A stretch of 64,000 bases of DNA from Candidatus Micrarchaeota archaeon (GTDB lineage Archaea > Micrarchaeota > Micrarchaeia > Anstonellales > Bilamarchaeaceae), in NCBI GenBank assembly GCA_043812915.1, contig JBDRLQ010000023.1:1582-65581 (forward strand), given 5' to 3'. The position numbers and the translations under genes were made by a program. Under the pieces are notes generated by a model. The model was not told the origin of the DNA. It was given only the letters and a program-made list of their open reading frames with translations, and made no database searches. Shown in pieces: positions 27,772-35,292 of this stretch. Within the stretch, counting starts at the first letter, position 1; each line of letters opens with the position of its first letter.

Positions 27772-27933
27772 TTGTTATCACGTTTCTATACATATCGCAA
27801 CATAAGTTATATTTAAATGTTGCGGTTTCTAGCCAATCATGGGATTCTAGAACATTTATAGCATGGGTAACCATCTTATAACAACTATATGTTTTTAAAG
27901 GTTTCCAAGCCTATTCAAATACGAGGGAATTAA

Positions 27934-28848
27934 TTGGTAGTTGTTGGTGAAAAAGGGAATGTCTCCAAAGCGAGAATATCGGTGCTACGCCGGGCAAGGC
28001 CCATCCCAGAGCACTCGCTTCTACTTACCAAATTCAAAGACCACTTCAACCCAATCGTTTCTTTCCTGAATGAGCCCAATCCGTTTGACCGGCTGGACAA
28101 GGAGAAAAGGCATCTCTGGTTCACGCATGAATATTTCATAAGCCGTAAGTTCGCCCTGAATGTGATGGAACTTTTCCCAGGACTTAAATCCGGGGATTTC
28201 CTTTTGCTAAGGGAGTTCGGCCTCTCACCTGCGGTACTCAAAAAAGACCCTAGCCCGGCAAATGTCCAGAATGTCCTGGCAGGGCACATGAGCCATGAAA
28301 GGTCTCCGAGATGGGGCCTGATGGGCATTCTAATACTATTGGATCAGATGGGCAAGATGCCTGAAGCTGCGCCAGAGGAGCACCACCGGGCGGTGCTGGA
28401 GTTCTTCAGGTACATGCGAAAGAGGGTTGAGCCATATGTGAGGGCCTGCCAGACTCTACAGCAGACTGGCAACGCGAGGTATTTTGATTCTAGCAATGAG
28501 TATCTTTTCGATCCGCATACTGGAGTTCCCCTGCGGTATCTGGTGCACATGATTGACGGTGTTGTGCTCAACTTTGCCTATGACCCTGATTTCGATCCCG
28601 AGACATTCGAGCTTATGAGCCTCGAGTGGGCAAGGATACCCAATTCCATGGGATTCAATAACGCCCCCACGCTCTTTGCGGAAGCGGATTCGGGATCAGC
28701 CTTCGGAAGGAATGTCGCAAGAAGGCTTAGGTCCCTCAACAAGGCCGGCACCATGGACACGGTCGGAAGGGAGTGGATGAAAGCCTTTGACATTGCCGCT
28801 CCGAAGGATGCTGACCCGAATGGCGGGTTCCCATCTACCCAGAAATAG
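27934..28848 (+). CDS. hypothetical protein
   Basis: 304-aa ORF. TTG start with a GAGGGA SD 5 nt upstream. No family recognised. Confidence 0.5.
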   Translation: MVVVGEKGNVSKARISVLRRARPIPEHSLLLTKFKDHFNPIVSFLNEPNPFDRLDKEKRHLWFTHEYFISRKFALNVMELFPGLKSGDFLLLREFGLSPAVLKKDPSPANVQNVLAGHMSHERSPRWGLMGILILLDQMGKMPEAAPEEHHRAVLEFFRYMRKRVEPYVRACQTLQQTGNARYFDSSNEYLFDPHTGVPLRYLVHMIDGVVLNFAYDPDFDPETFELMSLEWARIPNSMGFNNAPTLFAEADSGSAFGRNVARRLRSLNKAGTMDTVGREWMKAFDIAAPKDADPNGGFPSTQK

Positions 28849-28928
28849 CTGTTTTTCCCCCAATTGCCCGGATGTCCTTCTTTGTGTTTGTTGGCGGGTT
28901 AAAAATGTTTCTATTAAAATAATAATTT

Positions 28929-30056
28929 ATGTCTATTAGTGCAAGCTTGGCAAAAGAGTGCGTTCCCGGCCCCAATGGGCTCGGAGCTGCCGCCAAAAGG
29001 CCCGTAGCCCGCTGCAAAGGCGGAGAGGCGCTCCGATGCCGCAAGGGCCGCAAAAATACCAAACCCCCCCTCCTGCCGATTCTTGATTCTAACCATCCCC
29101 CGGCGAATCTTCGGGACCCTGGACTGCTCAAAGAAATTCTGGCAACCGCCGATGCTGATTTACACTCTCTTCCCCTTTCCAAAATCAGGTCGGTGCATAT
29201 GAAGCATCCATTGTTCACTGGCACCCTGCTAACCCTCATGCACAAGGTCTTCGGGATATCTCATACTGCGGAGAGCCTCCTCAGCCATAAGGAAGACGCA
29301 TACATGTTCCTGTGGTATGTCTATGAAGATGAGCGAATCGCATTCGATGGCAGCCTTACCATGGGCGAGATGGAAAACGGTTTCGTTGGCAAAGCCTCCA
29401 CCTCCAGGCGGCCCGACAGGGACTATGAGCTGCTGAGCCTGGCGATGAATGTCCACAGGGCCCTGGAGACCCTAACTTCCAGGGAGCAGATGGTGCTTGA
29501 AGGCAGGTTTGGCGGTGGCGCTACGCTGCAAGAGCTGGCAGATGAATTTCACATAACCCCCGAGAGAGTGCGGCAGATTGAGTCAAAGGCCTTGAGGAAG
29601 ATGAGGATGCGGGAGCGGGCCGCCCTCATGGAGCCATTCACCGAGGACTTCCAGGAAGCCCCGTTCTACCAGGGCCATGCATATTCATATACACCGGTTC
29701 TTATCAGGCGCTACATCCCTGAAATTGTGGCGGTCTCGGAATTTGCACTAAACGGCCCACCCGAAGGAGAAGCGCTCCTTTCGCTTTCGCTGGAGATATC
29801 CGCGCTCTGGCGCAAGCTCCATGAAGAGATGCCTGAAATCAACCTCGGGTTCCTTGAAAACTGCGGCTTTATCGGAATTTCAGAGGAAATGGGAAAAATC
29901 CGGAAACCTGGGCTGAGTGACGTGAAGGGATATCTCCTCCGCTCCATCATGAGGCGCTATCCTGGATACGCAATTGCCCGGCTGGTTGTGAAGCATGAAG
30001 TTGGCCTTAGGGATGAGCATTCCCAGACTGACCTTGCCAGCTGGGAAGAGTATTAA
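28929..30056 (+). CDS. protein containing a sigma-70 region 4 (4.2 HTH)-like domain; N-terminal boundary uncertain
   Basis: LTSREQMVLEGRFGGGATLQELADEFHITPERVRQIESKALRKMR closely matches the bacterial sigma-70 region 4 consensus (..RER.VL.LRFG....TLEE.G..F.VTRERIRQIE.KAL.KLR). No region 2 motif was seen. The first ~90 codons are GC-rich and open on both strands; ATG 29200 (MKHPLF) is an alternative start. Confidence 0.55.
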   Translation: MSISASLAKECVPGPNGLGAAAKRPVARCKGGEALRCRKGRKNTKPPLLPILDSNHPPANLRDPGLLKEILATADADLHSLPLSKIRSVHMKHPLFTGTLLTLMHKVFGISHTAESLLSHKEDAYMFLWYVYEDERIAFDGSLTMGEMENGFVGKASTSRRPDRDYELLSLAMNVHRALETLTSREQMVLEGRFGGGATLQELADEFHITPERVRQIESKALRKMRMRERAALMEPFTEDFQEAPFYQGHAYSYTPVLIRRYIPEIVAVSEFALNGPPEGEALLSLSLEISALWRKLHEEMPEINLGFLENCGFIGISEEMGKIRKPGLSDVKGYLLRSIMRRYPGYAIARLVVKHEVGLRDEHSQTDLASWEEY

Positions 30057-30385
30057 TCCTGCCCCGGAAGCTCGCTTAGCGCCTGCTGCATGCTCTTCCT
30101 ATATATCTCAAATGCCCGCCTTCCCTTCTTTGTGAGCCTCAGCATGGTATGCGGCTTCCTGTCCACGAACTCCTTACTGATTTCAACGTATCCAGCTTTT
30201 TCCAATTTGCTTAAATGAGAAGAGAGGTTGCCCCATGTCAGTTCCGTCTGGTTCATGATGAAAATGAAATCAGCTTCCTCAACAACGTAAAGGTATGACA
30301 TTATGGAATACCTGGCAGGCTCGTGTATGAGCCTATCTATCGCATGGGGCCTTCCCGCTCCTCTCTTTGCTTTCGTCTTACTCAT
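30053..30385 (-). CDS. ArsR-like winged-helix transcriptional regulator
   Basis: IHEPARYSIMSYLYVVEEADFIFIMNQTELTWGNLSSHLSKLEKAGYVEISKEFVDRKPHTMLRLTKKGRRAF. Confidence 0.7.
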   Translation of the reverse strand: MSKTKAKRGAGRPHAIDRLIHEPARYSIMSYLYVVEEADFIFIMNQTELTWGNLSSHLSKLEKAGYVEISKEFVDRKPHTMLRLTKKGRRAFEIYRKSMQQALSELPGQD

Positions 30386-30986
30386 TATGTTTCTCCTTTG
30401 CAATCGGGTATTTCCGCAGGAACATTATTAGCTGTGCGATTCCCCCTGCCAATATCAGCACTCCCGGAATCAAAAAGTACTCTGCCCTGCCGATGTCATA
30501 GAACGGGCCTCCGATGAAGGAGACTGCCATAACTCCGGCGTATATGTAGAACCTCCGGAGCTGCTTCCAGTACGCAACGGCCGCCATTAATAGCGCGCCA
30601 AGAAGCCCGATCACAACCAGCGGCAGGTCCTTGATTTTCATCAGCTCTTCAGTTGGCAGCATCGTCCAGGCAAGGAAGAATAGCATCCCAAGGAGTGCCG
30701 TTGCGGTGAAGAAGAGGGTGAAGTATCTTTTTTCCTTCCGTATCCTCTTCTGCCTCTCCTGCCCGAATTTTACAAGCCCCATACGCGGGACAGTCACTAT
30801 CTGCTTTGCCGCAAAGTATACTGACACTCCGCTTGCTGCCATGATGGCCGGCAGCACGCCCATGTCGAACATTATCGCCCCTGCCCAGCTAAGCACCAGG
30901 ATTCCAAGGCCTATGTCCAGCAGCCCGTCCTGGTGGTATGACAGATACGCCTTCTTCTCAACTTCATTCATGTCCATGCTTTTCAC
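30378..30986 (-). CDS. hypothetical membrane protein, paralog A
   Basis: 202 aa. N-terminal EKKAYLSYHQDGLLDIGLGILVL followed by about 5 TM segments. Overlaps both neighbouring genes. Confidence 0.55.
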   Translation of the reverse strand: MKSMDMNEVEKKAYLSYHQDGLLDIGLGILVLSWAGAIMFDMGVLPAIMAASGVSVYFAAKQIVTVPRMGLVKFGQERQKRIRKEKRYFTLFFTATALLGMLFFLAWTMLPTEELMKIKDLPLVVIGLLGALLMAAVAYWKQLRRFYIYAGVMAVSFIGGPFYDIGRAEYFLIPGVLILAGGIAQLIMFLRKYPIAKEKHNE

Positions 30987-31635
30987 CCCGGATTATCGGA
31001 TATTTCTCCAGGAACTTCAGCAGGTATTGCACGCCAAATAGCAGCACCGCGAGCCCCGCTATGCTCATGCCGACATCCCCTGGCAATTCACCTGCGCCAA
31101 AAGCCCTTGCACTCTCCCCAAGGAACATGCTAAGGCCAAAGAGAGTCGCAATCACATACATCCGCTCGAACTTCAGGAAGAATCCGATCAAGACAAGCGG
31201 GATGAAGACTATGAGGGAAATCATCAGCGGCCCGAGGAACAGGTCCTCAATGCTACCTTGGGAAGGGTGGAACCCGCTGCTCCCGAGGTACCAGAGCCCG
31301 GCTGTTGCCACAATCGAGACGACTATGAGTATCGATAAGGCAAGCTTCGCAAATGCCATCTTCCTCATCCTCTCAGGGCTGAATTTTACAAGCCCGATTC
31401 TCGGCCTTACAATTAACGCTTTGCCTGCAACCAGAACAACTATCGCAAGCCCGGGAAACAGGAATGAGACAATCATTTCCGGAAGCCCCAGGGATTCGAA
31501 TATATTGCGGACATAGGAGCCGATTCCCATGCCGAGCAGCATCATCCCGAAATAGATGTCCCAGAGCCCGTCGTCGAACATTGACAGGTACACCTTCTTC
31601 TCGAGTTCTTTCATGTCTTCCATGAGCGTTTTCAC
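30964..31635 (-). CDS. hypothetical membrane protein, paralog B
   Basis: 223 aa. N-terminal EKKVYLSMFDDGLWDIYFGMMLLG parallels paralog A, with the same TM topology. Confidence 0.55.
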   Translation of the reverse strand: MKTLMEDMKELEKKVYLSMFDDGLWDIYFGMMLLGMGIGSYVRNIFESLGLPEMIVSFLFPGLAIVVLVAGKALIVRPRIGLVKFSPERMRKMAFAKLALSILIVVSIVATAGLWYLGSSGFHPSQGSIEDLFLGPLMISLIVFIPLVLIGFFLKFERMYVIATLFGLSMFLGESARAFGAGELPGDVGMSIAGLAVLLFGVQYLLKFLEKYPIIRGEKHGHE

Positions 31636-31763
31636 CTCTCAATAATCCTATTCGCATTATCTCCTTTTAATACTTTGCAGTGCAAAGTTCTTTGCACAAT
31701 TGAATTATTCAGTTGTAGAACCTATATATTAATGTTTATATACCTTGCCTGAGATATTTCCCC

Positions 31764-32828
31764 ATGCGTATCAGGGTAGCGAAACCCCCCAAAGGCAAGA
31801 GGGAGCCAATCTGCGAGGGGGACGAGGCAAGGGTCAGCAGAATCACCACTGGCAAGTTCAAGGGGCTTGTCGAGAGGCTGCAGCCCTTTAGGCCAGAGCT
31901 TTCCCCGATGCAGAAAAGGCATCTCGCTTTTTGTGATGGGCAGGAGCAGGAACTTATTGTCCCGGGCTTCCCTTTTTCAGTAATGGGGGAGGAGGATACA
32001 GTATTCTATTCTACAAAGGTTTCCTACCACGTGCTAAAGGCACTGGCCGGCAGGTGCGCATTTTCAATGTTCCCGGAAAATTTCGTCAACACCCATGAGC
32101 TGCGCTTCTTCCAGAACAATGATGGGCTACAGGCTGCAACATATTCGGATTTTGTCCCTGATGATACCGGAGTAATCGCCAGAATCAAGGCGGTCAAGGA
32201 GCGCTACTATGCGGCAATGCGCGATAATAATATGGATGCTTCCGAGAGAATCAAGGCCGAACTGGATGAAGCCGAGCTGGTGGGAAACCCCAAGATTGCA
32301 GTTATTAGGAATCAGATGGAGGAGCTAGGGATTTTCCCATCACACCCTGAAGCAAATTATCACCTTAATGGAGGGAAGACAGTATTCTTTGAGATAAACT
32401 CCATAGATGCAAGGAAGCTTTTCATCTCCCTTGCCACCGACCCGAAGCGTTATGAGGAGCAGATGGGGGATTTCGCGTCATTCTTCACGGCAGCGCTCAG
32501 GTTCAGCGCAAGCTTTACTGCAGCGCGCGGATGGATTCCATCAGACCTGCTGGCAATGTCATTCCAGGAGAGCTATAATTTACTGCTGACGCGGCTTCTC
32601 GACTGGGCTTCAATAGGGGAGGGGGAGCTGGCCACTTCATTCGACCTGTCATTGCCGTGCCTGCTCACCTGGAATGCAAGACTCTGGGTTATGAAGGAGC
32701 GGATGCGGGGCAATTCTTTTATCTCCCCTGTGGAGCTTGATGGCGCAATGGAGAGTGTGCTTGGGGACCCTCTTTCGCCCCTGGCTTCTGATTTGGAAAA
32801 AACCGGAGAGGATGAAAAAGGTGAATGA
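31764..32828 (+). CDS. hypothetical protein
   Basis: 354-aa ORF. GTTTATATA box lies about 25 nt upstream of the ATG (leaderless). No family recognised. Confidence 0.5.
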   Translation: MRIRVAKPPKGKREPICEGDEARVSRITTGKFKGLVERLQPFRPELSPMQKRHLAFCDGQEQELIVPGFPFSVMGEEDTVFYSTKVSYHVLKALAGRCAFSMFPENFVNTHELRFFQNNDGLQAATYSDFVPDDTGVIARIKAVKERYYAAMRDNNMDASERIKAELDEAELVGNPKIAVIRNQMEELGIFPSHPEANYHLNGGKTVFFEINSIDARKLFISLATDPKRYEEQMGDFASFFTAALRFSASFTAARGWIPSDLLAMSFQESYNLLLTRLLDWASIGEGELATSFDLSLPCLLTWNARLWVMKERMRGNSFISPVELDGAMESVLGDPLSPLASDLEKTGEDEKGE

Positions 32829-33977
32829 ATGAACAAGCAACGCACGCTAAAGAACGGAAGGATTGAGGACAAGGAGAAGCCTCGATTGCCAACATTCGCG
32901 AAGGCAGCATCAGCAATCGGGCTTGGAACGCTGCTTTCATCCTGCGCTCCTCTAGTCACTATACTGGAGCCGGATATCGATGCCATCTCTGCAAGCTATA
33001 TGCAAAAAACCAGGATTCTGTACTGCCCTGGAGAGGAAGAGTGGGAGAGGCTGAAGATACCTGTGGGGTGTGACCTCCGGACCACTGGAATCCTGCAGAG
33101 AGAGTACGTTCATGAGGGGGTGGCCTATGCGAAGGGCACAGTCTTCCACAACTTCTGGTACAAGACATACGGGACGCTGGCAAGGGATGCTGAGATTATG
33201 GGAGTGCTCTTCAAGGGCGGGACCAAGAACTTCCGCGACACCCGCGGGGCAGTCGCAGGGACGCTGGCGAAAACAAGCGATATCCATGGGGTGGTATTCG
33301 GGGAAGGCGCGGACGTGGAGCTGTTGCTCTCAACTGTCAAGGGCATCCCGCGCGACCCGGTAGTCGAGATTGGCGGCAGGCGCTATGACGGCACTCAAGG
33401 CATTCTCTTTGATGGCGCAAGCAGCATGGTGCAGGGAATACTCGCAGAGGATACTGAAGTCAACGGCGCAATCATTCCTGAAGGCAGCAAAATCTGGATT
33501 CATCCCAATGGCAATCTCCAGAGGACAAAGCTCTCGGCGGACACGGAGTTCGGGGGGATAATCTTCAATTCAAGGCGAAGCGTCTTCTTCATAACAAGCG
33601 GCCCATACACTGGACTTGCGCATTCTGGCAGCCTTGCTGAGGAAACGCTTATCCAGGGGATAACTTTCCCCGTCGGGACTGGAGTGTCCTTCTGCAGTAA
33701 AAGCGGCAGGCTCAGGTCCGCTCGGGATTTCAAGCTTCTGGTAATTGACGGAATCAAGTATGAGGACCTCATAGAGCTCTATCCGAGCGGGAAAATCAAG
33801 CGGGCAGACCTCGCTGAGCCTGCGGTGATTGAAGGCATCAAGGTTTTCGTCGCCGTCGAATATCACGAGAACGGCAGGCTGAAATCCTGCTATCTGGCCG
33901 AAGGGCAGAGAATCGGCGAGCTGTTCATGCGTGCGGGGACGCGCCTCGAGTTCGACGAGCAGGGACACATCGAGTAG
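32829..33977 (+). CDS. lipoprotein with internal ~24-aa G/hydrophobic repeats
   Basis: Signal/lipobox is AIGLGTLLSSC. Recurrent ..G..F..G......G.L....L.. units (for example EGIKVFVAVEYHENGRLKSCYLAEGQRIGELFMRAGTRLEFDEQGHI). TGAATG junction with the upstream gene, with a GGTGA SD. Confidence 0.55.
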   Translation: MNKQRTLKNGRIEDKEKPRLPTFAKAASAIGLGTLLSSCAPLVTILEPDIDAISASYMQKTRILYCPGEEEWERLKIPVGCDLRTTGILQREYVHEGVAYAKGTVFHNFWYKTYGTLARDAEIMGVLFKGGTKNFRDTRGAVAGTLAKTSDIHGVVFGEGADVELLLSTVKGIPRDPVVEIGGRRYDGTQGILFDGASSMVQGILAEDTEVNGAIIPEGSKIWIHPNGNLQRTKLSADTEFGGIIFNSRRSVFFITSGPYTGLAHSGSLAEETLIQGITFPVGTGVSFCSKSGRLRSARDFKLLVIDGIKYEDLIELYPSGKIKRADLAEPAVIEGIKVFVAVEYHENGRLKSCYLAEGQRIGELFMRAGTRLEFDEQGHIE

Positions 33978-34023
33978 AACATTTATAAGCACTACCAAAC
34001 ACATAAGTTTCAGAGGTGCTAGA

Positions 34024-34551
34024 GTGACTTCCATGCAACAGAAAGCGAAGGGACCAGGAGTAATAGAAAGAATCCAGAGCGGCATTCTCAGGAGAAGAAT
34101 CAGGAAACTCACCGGTTGGCTAGGGTCCGGAAACGGCGCCATTCCAGAGCGCCTGATCAGGAAAGTAGGCGCGGATACAATCACAGCTACTGCCCTTGGC
34201 GCGTATGCAGGCGGTAACCGGGAGAAAGCCCTGAAGGCAGTCACGGTCCTTGGGGATGAGGGCATAGAATCTGTCAGGCGCCTCTGTGAAAATAAGAGCG
34301 GGGCTGAGAGGGCATTCGCGGTAGAGATGCTCGGGCTCCTTGGCTCTGTCAACGATTTTGTCGTAATCTCGGACCTCTATTTCGATGACCACAATGGCGT
34401 TGTGAAACAGCGGGCGATATTAGCGGCGAGCACCCTGGCAGCTAGGTTCCCGGAATCACCTGAAATCGGCTCCTGCCAGAAGATGGTAAACGACGCTCGG
34501 GAGAGGAACGGAACAAAGGTCCCGGATGCTCTTGGCTCCCGGTTCTGTTAG
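34024..34551 (+). CDS. hypothetical protein, HEAT/PBS-lyase-repeat-like
   Basis: All-helical ..ALGAYAGGNREKALKAVTVLGDEGIESVRRL..AFAVEMLGLLGS..VKQRAILAASTLA... GAGGTG SD lies upstream of GTG 34024 (ATG 34033 is the alternative). Weak assignment. Confidence 0.4.
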   Translation: MTSMQQKAKGPGVIERIQSGILRRRIRKLTGWLGSGNGAIPERLIRKVGADTITATALGAYAGGNREKALKAVTVLGDEGIESVRRLCENKSGAERAFAVEMLGLLGSVNDFVVISDLYFDDHNGVVKQRAILAASTLAARFPESPEIGSCQKMVNDARERNGTKVPDALGSRFC

Positions 34552-34571
34552 CTTTTTTCTTTGCCGGTAAT

Positions 34572-35282
34572 TTACTGAGCCCCGAACAGCTTTGCAATCT
34601 CTTTAGCTCTCGGATGGAATATCCTTGTCTTCCAGTGATAGTTTGATGTCCTGATGTCAATATGCGGCATTCCGTCCGTTTCCCCATATCTGATTTCCGT
34701 TATTGTGAAGTTCCTGCGAAGGCCGCTGTTAAGCAGGTCCTTCTCCCCACTCGGGTCCAATCCCATGCCCCAGAAATTTATCGAGCCAAAGCTCTGCCTT
34801 GTTATGAATATGGAGCCAACCAGAATGCGTTTGTTCGTGACGGCCACTTCCCTGACCATGCCCCGCCTCCCGCGCTTTACTGGGGGCCATTTTATATGGC
34901 AGGGCCTCATCCCGATAACTATGTTCTCGCCCTCAGCCAAATCGAAGCTCTCATTTGTCTCCAGCCTGAAAAGATGGCTTTCCTTCCATTTCCGGTAGTC
35001 CCTCATATAGCCATCAATCCTCTCCTTCTCCGGAGTTGTTATGAAAATGGCAAGGTCAAATATAGCGGATAAGAAAATGAAGAGCAGGAATGCCCCCAGC
35101 ATTATCGTAAGCGTCCCTTCTTGGCTGGCAACCCCCAGAACCGGCCGCATGCCATGTGGAAGCAGCAGATAGGCAATTATCAGGAAGAGTGTCACTGCCG
35201 CGAAAAAACGCGGGATGGCATTAAGGCGAAATCCCCCATTCTCATCATCTGCTGCCGGATAATCCATAATTATCTCCTCCAT
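34572..35282 (-). CDS. hypothetical membrane protein (2 TM + soluble C-domain)
   Basis: 236 aa, 10 nt downstream of the 1283-aa repeat protein gene, so probably co-transcribed. Confidence 0.5.
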   Translation of the reverse strand: MEEIIMDYPAADDENGGFRLNAIPRFFAAVTLFLIIAYLLLPHGMRPVLGVASQEGTLTIMLGAFLLFIFLSAIFDLAIFITTPEKERIDGYMRDYRKWKESHLFRLETNESFDLAEGENIVIGMRPCHIKWPPVKRGRRGMVREVAVTNKRILVGSIFITRQSFGSINFWGMGLDPSGEKDLLNSGLRRNFTITEIRYGETDGMPHIDIRTSNYHWKTRIFHPRAKEIAKLFGAQ

Positions 35283-35292
35283 AAGCTAATTA

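Noticed and set aside
28950-29110. A GC-rich, stop-free-on-both-strands segment at the 5' end of the sigma-r4-like ORF, flanked by A-runs and containing local hairpins (CCGC-TGCAAAG-GCGG, GGAG-AGGCG-CTCC inside GGCCC...GGGCC). It was considered as a possible ncRNA (SRP RNA, RNase P RNA or a riboswitch).
   Set aside because: None of the conserved SRP (..GGAAGGGAGCA..), RNase P (GAGGAAAGTCC) or riboswitch core strings I know are present on either strand. The reading frame continues smoothly into the protein. It remains only as uncertainty about the true start codon.
33570-34352. 260-aa minus-strand ORF across the lipoprotein/HEAT-like genes.
   Set aside because: It is antisense to two plus-strand genes with SD signals, its composition is P/S/R/L-rich, and no start context was found.
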